Positions 55,401 through 64,000 of a stretch of DNA of 64,000 nt are shown piece by piece. A program made the translations under genes and the position numbers. The notes beneath the pieces were generated by a model. The model saw only the letters and a list, made by a program, of their open reading frames with translations, did not search any database and was not told the origin of the DNA. Location of the stretch: NCBI GenBank assembly GCA_964199315.1, contig OZ116698.1, positions 19,778,001 to 19,842,000 on the forward strand. The letters are read 5' to 3'. Position 1 is the stretch's first letter. Each line of letters opens with the position of its first letter. The DNA is from Orbicella franksi (taxonomy: Eukaryota).

Positions 55401-55585
55401 AAAAAAAAAAAAATTCGTAAAAAGCTCTGTATTTTTTAAAGCCCCGAAACTATAATCCCATTACATCTACAATATTTCCAAATCCAGTAGTTGAATATAT
55501 GCGGTTAAACGTAAGATTTCACTCGTGACGGAAAAAGTGGTACAGCTACTTTATTCTGTCCACGTCACAAACCTTTCGCCTGGTT

Positions 55586-58500
55586 TCAGTCCTTTCCCAC
55601 GCGATTTCGGTCGCCATTTGCAAGAAACCAATTCTCGTTTCCATCTCGCTCCTCGAATTTCCACCAGTCCTTGCTTCCCCAGTAATCTTCGGGATACGAA
55701 TTGTCTCCGTTCCAATACTGATCGTTGGACCAATCAGGGAGCCAGAAGCCGGGATTGCAGGGAGCGTAAGAGCACTTCATGGGGACAAAAACGGGCTTCA
55801 GGAAGCTAGCACCAGTGTCGCATGTAAACTGGGCGGTGGTCTTTTTCATGATGGTGGGTCGAGGGCACATCGGAACAGAGATGGGAGTTTTGCCAACACG
55901 TCCAGATAGCATTCTAACGTTCTTCTGCTTTCCGAAGCAGCTGAGGTCACGGACGATTGCGTTACATGTGCCATCACGCACAAAGAGCACCTTCGTGTAG
56001 AACTCGCCCCGAAGAGTTTTGTCGTTGTGCATAATAGGTCCAGTTTCCATGCGATAGTTCATCATTTTGTAGCCTTTCATCATTTTTTCTATCATTATGT
56101 TTTGACCCATCATTGGATATTTCATCGTCATCATCAACTTTCCTTGGCCCATCGCCATCATCTTCTTGCGCATCATATAGTTCATCTTGCCCATGCCGTA
56201 TTTTATATCATACATCATAGGCTTCATTCCATACTTCATTGGTCCCATCATGGGCTTCATACCGTACTTCATTGGTCCCATCATAGGTTTCATTCCATAC
56301 TTCATTGGTCCCATATGGCGCTGATGACCCATCATTGCTCCCATGGGTCGCATTCCTCGGCGTTTCATTAGCTTCATTTTCTTCATGCCAGGTTTCATCA
56401 TTTTAAGCATTTTTCGTGCTCCTGGTTTCCCTTGCATCTTTTTCTTCATCATCATCATCATCATCATTTTCTTGTGCGTCATTTGCTTTTTACCATCTCG
56501 ATGGTCCTGGCGACCATTCACCAGTCCTTGGCCATCAATCTTCTTGGACTTCTGGCGCCCTTTGCCTTTGGGTGTGGTTATCTCTGGTAGTTCCTCACTC
56601 CAGCAGTTCTCCAAGCACAAGGTGTCCTCGTCTTCGCATTCATCACAAGGAGGACGGTCTTCTACTTCGTCATCGCACTCATCGCCCAAACATTCGACAA
56701 TGGGGTCAGACATCTCTTCAAACCCTTTATCTTTAACTGCAAGGAAAATATTTTCTAAGTATAGGGAGAGTTGAAAGCCTGTTCAGCGCTTTTGCAATGT
56801 TTTTTTTTTCCGTTGATCTCTTCACCAGTTTTATTTCTTAATCAAAAGATTAAATAATTTGTAATCTCGGGCAGGCTTTTGAGTTAGTGCTTTTGTGATT
56901 AAACTTACCCTTTCCCCACCTTCCCCTTCTGAACAATGACATTCTGTACTGCGCAACTGTTTACACCAAGATTACCTTGACAACAACAACTTGAGGGAAA
57001 AAAAACCTTTTATCTCTCAATTTATGACAATTCTTCTCTTTCGCTGTATCATAGCGCTGTCAATAGACGATCAAACATTTCGTTGTCTAGGATTTATCCG
57101 GGGCCTCATATTATTTCTATCGTGGGTTGGAACAAGGACAAGGGTGGGGAGAGGTGAGGAAGTCAAGATAAGAAGGTTACCTGGTGGTTGCAAGACTCCC
57201 TCCATTGCACGCAGGAACATGGGGCCAAGCCACACCTGGTACGTCTGGTTGACGAACGGTATTGGTGTCAAGCTCTCAACGTCCTTGCCTAATATGGCAT
57301 CATCAGGCACACCCTGCACGGTCAGGACTTTCTGAGCCTCAAGTAAGGCTTTTGTCACCTTCCATCGCCAGACACCATCGTGCATGTTGCACGTGACAAG
57401 TGCGTTGGATGGCACGCGTCCAAAGTTACATTCTTTAAAGGAATCAGGTCCGGTGAAGTCCACAGTTTTTCCATCTGGACACAAGAGAACGAAGTCGTCT
57501 TTTATGTAGCCATTCTTTGCAATAGTATCTTCAAAAGTGTAACCATCAATGAAGGCTACATCGCCATCGTCCCTCTTGAGACACTTCAGGGCTCCTTCGT
57601 ACCCGTAGTATTCTTCGCTGATGGGATCCATGGAGCATTTCTTATCGCCTAGACCAGCACACGATTCACACATCTTTTCACGGCATTGTTTTATGTCCAC
57701 GTTGTCCCACTGAAGGTTAGTCCATTCATTCATAAGCCAGAAATAACGAGCACAGAGCAGGGAAAGTCTATAGATGGTAAAATAAAAATGATGATAATAA
57801 AGAATAATGATGCTCTTCGAGACACGTATCTGAAAACTTAATCCAGACTAATATTGATTAAAACCATTGGGGCTCGAAGCAACGGGCATGTTTTTCCTGG
57901 TGTGCAATTAACAGCAAAGATTCCCTAAAATTACTTTAGTGTGTGCGTGAAGGTGCGCGAATTTAGTTCCATATCCACGGATCGATATTCTCCATGCTGA
58001 TCAAATCCTTTATTTTCGTGACATAAATCATTAGCTCTACAAGAGAAACCCCAGTGCTGGAAAAACATTTATTTTTTACCTGATGAAGATGTCTTGATGG
58101 AGAGGCATATGATCTTTCACATACTCCTTGTATTCAGAATCCATCCATGTCTTAAATGTCACCCAATCGTCATCGGTCCACTTGTCAGTGTATGCTCCCC
58201 AGTCCTCCTTTTGATTCCATTTCTCCTCGACCCACATCTCGAACAATTGCCATTCGTCCTCGGTCCACTCCTCTGGTTTCTCCCACACCCAGCCAAACAG
58301 CTTCCACTTGGGCATCTCCAAATCGTAGAAATCTTTCAAGCCACCATAGTTGTCCCAGCTGAAGTCTTTGCTTGCCTGAAGAGCAAGAGAAGTAATGCTA
58401 GTAGTAAGTCGTAGACGCATCACGTCCACGCAGTTTCTATGGTCTATAAGTTCGTAAGACACAGTTTTCTGGGAAATTCACTTTCATGTTTTAAGTTTTT

Positions 58501-61500
58501 CGAAACTGTGTCAGAGGTTACGTTTCTGTCTGTTGACCAACGTTTTCGTTGCCATAAAATTCGCTGAATATAAACAACCGCCATGTGTCACATCTCGTTT
58601 TTTCTCTTACGAAAAAGATCTCTGGGTGACTCGTAAGTTATTATGCATGAATGTATTTGTTGTCGAGCGGAACTCATACATTTAAAGCTGATTACAAGGC
58701 AAAAACATGACGATCGAGAGAGATTTTGACTGTTTGTTTCATATTGAGTCTATAAACTTACGTAGCAGGACTGTCGGTTAGAGTTACTGAACCTCAGTAC
58801 CCATTGGTCTGTTCATGGGTGTTTTTTAGACCGCCCTGGTAGTTCCAATCCTTCCTTTTTTTTTTTTTTTTCTTTCTATTTAGCCATGTACAACCATGCT
58901 ATGGAACGTTTAGTGGTACTATACTGGACAGTGTTTCACAGCTAGAGTGTTTGAAAGAGGATGCATTATATTTACCAACTTAAAGACTTCCTGCATCAAT
59001 GGAGTGCGGAACGCGTGCGTACGCGGGTCATCTGAGGTCATCATTTTGATCAGCTTAAGGAACTCTGGTGATTCGAAGTCTTGCAGTTCGTACATTGAGT
59101 GGTATCCGTCACTGATACCGCTCTGCTTGTCTTGCCACTGGCGCCACAGAGGAGCTTCATACCTGTCCTCCCACGTCACGATCTTATCCTTGAGCATCGA
59201 TCGCCAATCCAGTGTGCGTGACAACAGAGGATACTTGGTCAGGTCCATCGTGTTTATTCCAGGTACACAACTTTCACCGAAGTGTTGTCTGAGAATATGA
59301 CAATGAAATAAAAGCAACGGGTTATGAAATCCACACGGCATTGTTTCTCTGTAAATGAGTTAATTGATTTGTCAGCCTAGCGCAGCACGCGACAGCTACA
59401 AGACAACAGCATCCGAAACCTAAAGATCTAAGTAGCACCATTAGCGTCACTACAATTATCTGCTGTGATGTGTCGTCACGTAAACCTTCGCATTTGCCTT
59501 CGAGAAACGTTGCGTGACGATCCAAATAACAGCTGGAACTCTTTTAGTCCTGACAAAAGCAGCGAAACTCTGAATTTAGCTCTGAGACGTCGTGTTGGTA
59601 TTCCCACACAATCTTAACGGCTGACGTTTTAAGTATTTTCAGCACCTGTCTAGTTCAAAATGTTCTGATATCGTAGGGAGAAATTACATTATCATCACAG
59701 TGTAATTTCTCGATTTTTAAGGAAAATGTCACTGGGTTACAAAGATATTAATAAATTTCTACTAACCCGATCGATTTCAGAGGTGAGCTAGATCGTTGTA
59801 TTGTGCCATTAGCCAAGAGCCATCCCATTGGGTGAAGGAAACCGCTGATCTTGTCAACGCCTGCGTTACACATTTTCCAGCCGCGCATGTCTTCTGATAG
59901 ATCAGTTTTGCCCTTAAGCATGACGCCGATGGTGATGCTTTTTGTCCAAGGATCCTTCCTGTTTAAATGTAAGGGAAATACTTTAATATGCGAAGAAATG
60001 AGATCAATTTTCAAATTTTACAAAACGCTTTTCGGGAACTCAGTAATGAGAAGCGGGTGAGCTATGAAAAACGCGGAATATGTCACGTGAGCCAAATGGC
60101 GAAAAAGAAAGAAAAGATTATTGCTCTCGTTTCTAAACAATTCCTCTATTGAATGAAAGATGCACGTACTTTTGTTCCTCATTTTTTTTTCCCCTTTTGC
60201 GATGATTCAGCCATATTATTCTGTCTTGGTTTTCCTAACACAGCAACCGGAGCTAGGCTAGAAAGTTTTGTTTGAAAACGAAACTCTTACCCCTTGTAAT
60301 TCTCTGCCATGAAAGGAATCAAATTATAATCCAGTCCTGCCAAAAACATGTCCGTGGAGTTGAGGTCGACAATATCGGCTAAGCCTTTAGCTACCATTTC
60401 CGTGCACTCTTTCTTGCCACTGGCCTCAACACAACCCCAGGAGATCTCTTTAGCGTCTGTTAAAAGAAATCGTTACTTTATCAAAAGGAAAGTCAGTCAG
60501 AAATAGCTCATTAAAATTGGTTAATCCTGCAAGAATTATTTATGGGGTAGTATTGATGTGGTAAGTATGCAATTATGTCTAACACTTTTTCGAAAGGTAA
60601 TGCTATCATAATTTTTTTCTCAATCGGAAAGCTCGAGAGCGAAATAAAAATATCTCGGTAAATTCAACAACTCTAAGTAACTTTTCAAGTCAGCTACAGC
60701 CAAGAGCATAGGGTTTATTCGTTAGCGTGAGTATCACGAGCGTGTCCGGGGGTACTTCACGTGATCTGGGAGACAACGATTGCCTTACACGTGAAACAAA
60801 GTGACAGGTTATGCGAGACGCGTTACTGCCTAAACTCTTTTAGTTTCCGAATGGACCGAACAAACGGCTTCTATGGGGGTGATTGTTGACTTGAGCGTTA
60901 TCGTGTGAAGGAAGTGGTTTTGCTTGAAAACCTGATCATGAAACTCTTTCTATTCAGCTACGACCTATCTGGCTGTTAATAGAAACTTTTCTCGTGTTCG
61001 TGATTGGAAATTCCATGAAAACGCTAAAGAGGCTCCTTTTTATTTCCTCAAAACAATATCCAACTAAACAAGGTACTGAAGAATGACTGACTCACAGGTG
61101 ACTGTCTGGAATTTGTTGATCATATCCTGGCATTTCTTCATTTCTTCGTCTCCAACGACGCACATGAAAGCGCGTGGCTTGGATTTAAGTTCTGCACAGG
61201 TCTTCCAAATACCAACCGTGTCTACACCAAGGAATTCCTTGTATGTTCTTTTATCCTACAGATATAGAACGAAGTCTAAGAAATGACTTCAAATCTAAGG
61301 CGAGCTCAGACATACATTTGTTCAAAGGCAAAGACTGACTGGAGCAGTTCATTCGTTCCCACATAAGACTTTCATCCCTACTGCTATATCCTTAACAGTT
61401 AGACATCTTGTTCGCATAACTTTGCTTTCATTGAGATAATATATTTACCTTGAAAACCGGCCCTTTGTAAAGGAAGTGAAAGACAATTCAACAAAATTAC

Positions 61501-62196
61501 CTCAGGGATGAGCTCCAGGGAACTGCTACAATCCTTGAAGATAAGGTCCTTGTTCTTGTCCTTGTAATCCTCACCATTTTCATCATAGCCTTCCATTTTG
61601 TCACAGTACAGAGAAGAGTCAAACAAGCCGAATGCTTTATCTGTGTCTGGTGATGAGAAGAGTGTCGAGGCTTGCGTGAGAGCACTGGTACAACCCTGAA
61701 TCCATTCCTTTGGCTTGTCCTTGGACACCATCAAGACCTGGCGAGAAAAGAGTGTGCAATCATGGATTCACTTTAACACTGAAAACAAGACTCGTAATAA
61801 TTCCATATTCAATTATTTGCATGGAATATTTGAAGAGTATTTTTCTCAGGCCAGTAGTTGGGGTGGGGGAGCAATGAGTTGGGGAACACTGGTTATCGCC
61901 AAGCGGAGCTCAGAGAAGAAACCCATATCATTTTGAAATGACCTTCCTTCATCTATAGGTAAAACGTCAACTAGAAAGCTACTGAAAAGAGCACTTTACC
62001 AATATTGTTTTGCTCACTACTAATTTGGGCAACATTGGCTATTGCAAGATATTACTACTTTTTATTAGACTCTTTTCTATCATAAAATAAACGTAATTTA
62101 ACTCAGGGGTATGTAATTAGTTTAACTAAATCTGGCCCTTCTCCATTTCTTCTTGTAACAAACTGTTGTAATTCAGCGTGAAGAGGAGGAATTGTA

Positions 62197-62227
<31 letters not shown>

Positions 62228-62786
62228 ATAGATAGATGTCACATAGAGATTATTACATAACTAAAACGTCATTACGTGCATAACAAGAGGCATATAACAT
62301 AACAATACGAATAACGGACGCCTACAGGGGTTGCAGCGAAATAAATAAATAAATTTAATTAATAGATATCACACAGCGATTATTACATAACTAAAACGTC
62401 ATCACGTGCATAACAAAAGGCATATTACGTAACAACACGAATAACGCACGCCTACAGGAGTTGCGGCGAGTGCAGAAGCCGTGTGTTACGGAACGGAAAA
62501 TGTCTGCGCTTACGAACGAGACTAGTAGGTTTATGTACCTGAGGGCTTTCCTCAGCCAGGTGGCAGCCTTTCTTGATAATATTTGTCCACTCCAGAGGAA
62601 GCTTCTTGTTTCTGCACACAATATCAAATTCTTTAGAGAGATCCTCCAAGTTCCTAATGACCTCGTGGGTGTGGACGAATCCTACATCTCCCGCCCCTTC
62701 GCGAAGGCACTTCAGCATTCCTGAGTAGCCATAGTAAGGTTCCTTCTTGTCTGACAGCATCTCACAGAAATCATCATCGTCTTTTC
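55586..62786 (-). CDS. Transferrin-family major yolk protein / toposome-like protein, 3' ~1,115 codons (9 exons; 5' end not found, probably beyond right edge)
   Basis: Phase-consistent exons 62786-62539, 61737-61501, 61255-61096, 60456-60291, 59958-59767, 59288-58976, 58375-58080, 57767-57181, 56736-55586. Transferrin motifs YYGYSGMLKCL.EGAGDVGFV, CV...E..KC, SCVPG, YYGYEGALKCL...GDVAF, F.LLCPDG, CNFGRVPSNALV. Also a long insertion and a 383-aa C-terminal extension. Confidence 0.85.
56213..56311 (-). repeat. Coding 33-bp tandem repeat x3 (GPMKYGMKPMM)
   Basis: Three units; all 4 variable sites are synonymous third positions. Confidence 0.9.
62197..62470. repeat. (AAAT)n tract plus a ~107-bp direct duplication (62234-62340 and 62364-62470)
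   Basis: Two aligned units at a 130-bp period, each preceded by AAAT repeats, in an intron of the transferrin-like gene. Confidence 0.8.
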
Positions 62787-64000
62787 CTGTGCGTTGAAAG
62801 AAGTAATAATGTATCTGTCAAGCTTGGCTTTAGAATTATTTTGGAGGAAATACAGGGAAGCGTGACGTTAAGGAGCGCACGTGAGGGATCGGGCAACATG
62901 CTGAGGCAAGGACTTATGGCTGGGACCTCGAGCAGGCAGCTGTGAAATTGTTCGAAAACGAAAAGCAAATAAAACAAACTAGGCAAAACTGGCTTCCGGA
63001 TCCAATCATTAAAAATCCACGGAGATAACAGCACATTTAATAAATTTTCGCAAAAGGAGCGTTTTTGTACTCTCTGGAGTCGTAAGCTGCGCTTCACTTT
63101 TAAGAAAACGAATTTTATTCATGACTCGCGGAATCGATCTAAGATTGTCAGCATTTCATATGCGTGCGTTTGTTGTTTTGCTGATATAAAAGCTATTTTT
63201 TAATGTTTTTTTTTTTTGGGGGGGGGGGGGGGTTGTGACCGACATCATAGCTTGTGATCAAGCTTGGATTATCATTTCTTTAAAACCTTGTGATATATAT
63301 GTGTTCTTCAAGACGGGAATCATGTGCTCTCTTCAAACAAATAGTTGAGTAACATGAAACGCTAGGCACATTCAGTTACCTGAAACTTGTTGTTTGAACG
63401 CAAATATTGCAACTACGATCAGCCGGAAAGCCCATTATTTGAAAATTTGTCAGGCACGTCAAATAGTTCATGTTATAAGGCAAGGTATAATTTAAGTTCA
63501 ATTGACAGGCAGATGACTGATTGGCGTTTTTTTTAAAGTTCTTTTCAGGACCAAGGTTAGCTTCGGGTTTGAAAAACACTTTTTTTTTAACTGCAGGGAA
63601 GAACTGATCAGTTCAAACTCAAGTCGACAGAAAAGCAAATAAGTCATTCCGGCCAGTGGAAAAAAAACGTCACTTGGAAATAAAATGCATTTCGTGTCTG
63701 TCACTTAAATAAAGTCTTTCATTTCATTTCAAGGGAAATTGAAAAACTGTTTCCGCTCAAGAGACATGCGAGTTTGCACAACTGCAATATTCCAACACAT
63801 TCGCTTGAAAGTCCAGGTTTTCCCCTTTTTGACACTTCAATGTAGAATATAGAATATTGAATATATATAGAATATTGTAAATCAATGGAATAAAAAAAAT
63901 GTTAAAGGCTGCCGGGTTGAAAACTTGAGGAAACAAAAAACGGCGCAATTTAATCCGATGCACGTGCGCCAGTGCGTGAAAGCAAGGTGAGGTAAAAGCA

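Noticed and set aside
56027-56371. His-rich plus-strand ORF (114 aa) that looks like a metal-binding peptide
   Set aside because: Antisense shadow of the Met-rich exon (ATG reversed is CAT). The synonymous-only variation favours the minus-strand frame.
56343-56774. Plus-strand ORFs with poly-Ile and poly-Ser runs
   Set aside because: Antisense shadows of the (ATG)n and GAT/GAA codon runs in the same exon.
62790-64000. Further upstream exons of the transferrin-like gene
   Set aside because: No transferrin-like, phase-compatible exon was found; they presumably lie beyond the window.

Overview
AT-rich eukaryotic genomic DNA with GT-AG introns and many short TIR elements. The gene content and repeat style suggest a cnidarian, probably a scleractinian coral (inference). 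Eight protein-coding genes could be assembled by hand with phase-consistent exons. Left to right: the 5' part of AXDND1 (-, runs off the left edge); SURF4 (+, head-to-head with AXDND1); an intronless gene fusing a helical N-terminal domain to WD40 repeats (-); RNF26 (+, head-to-head with the WD40 gene); a LamG-FN3-FN3-TM receptor tyrosine kinase (+); a short-ectodomain LRR-GPCR (-); a small HAD-superfamily phosphatase-like gene (-); and the 3' ~1,115 codons of a transferrin-family major yolk protein/toposome-like gene (-, runs off the right edge). The most unusual features are in that last gene: substituted iron ligands, a Trp-rich Cys-free insertion, a ~33% Met/Lys-rich block with a synonymously diverged GPMKYGMKPMM x3 repeat, and a cystine knot that has lost one disulfide pair. 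Also notable are a 139-bp inverted copy of RNF26 coding sequence beside a TIR-like end, and a decayed USP9X/USP24-like region. No rRNA, intact tRNA or CRISPR array was seen. All homology calls are from recalled motifs, not database searches.
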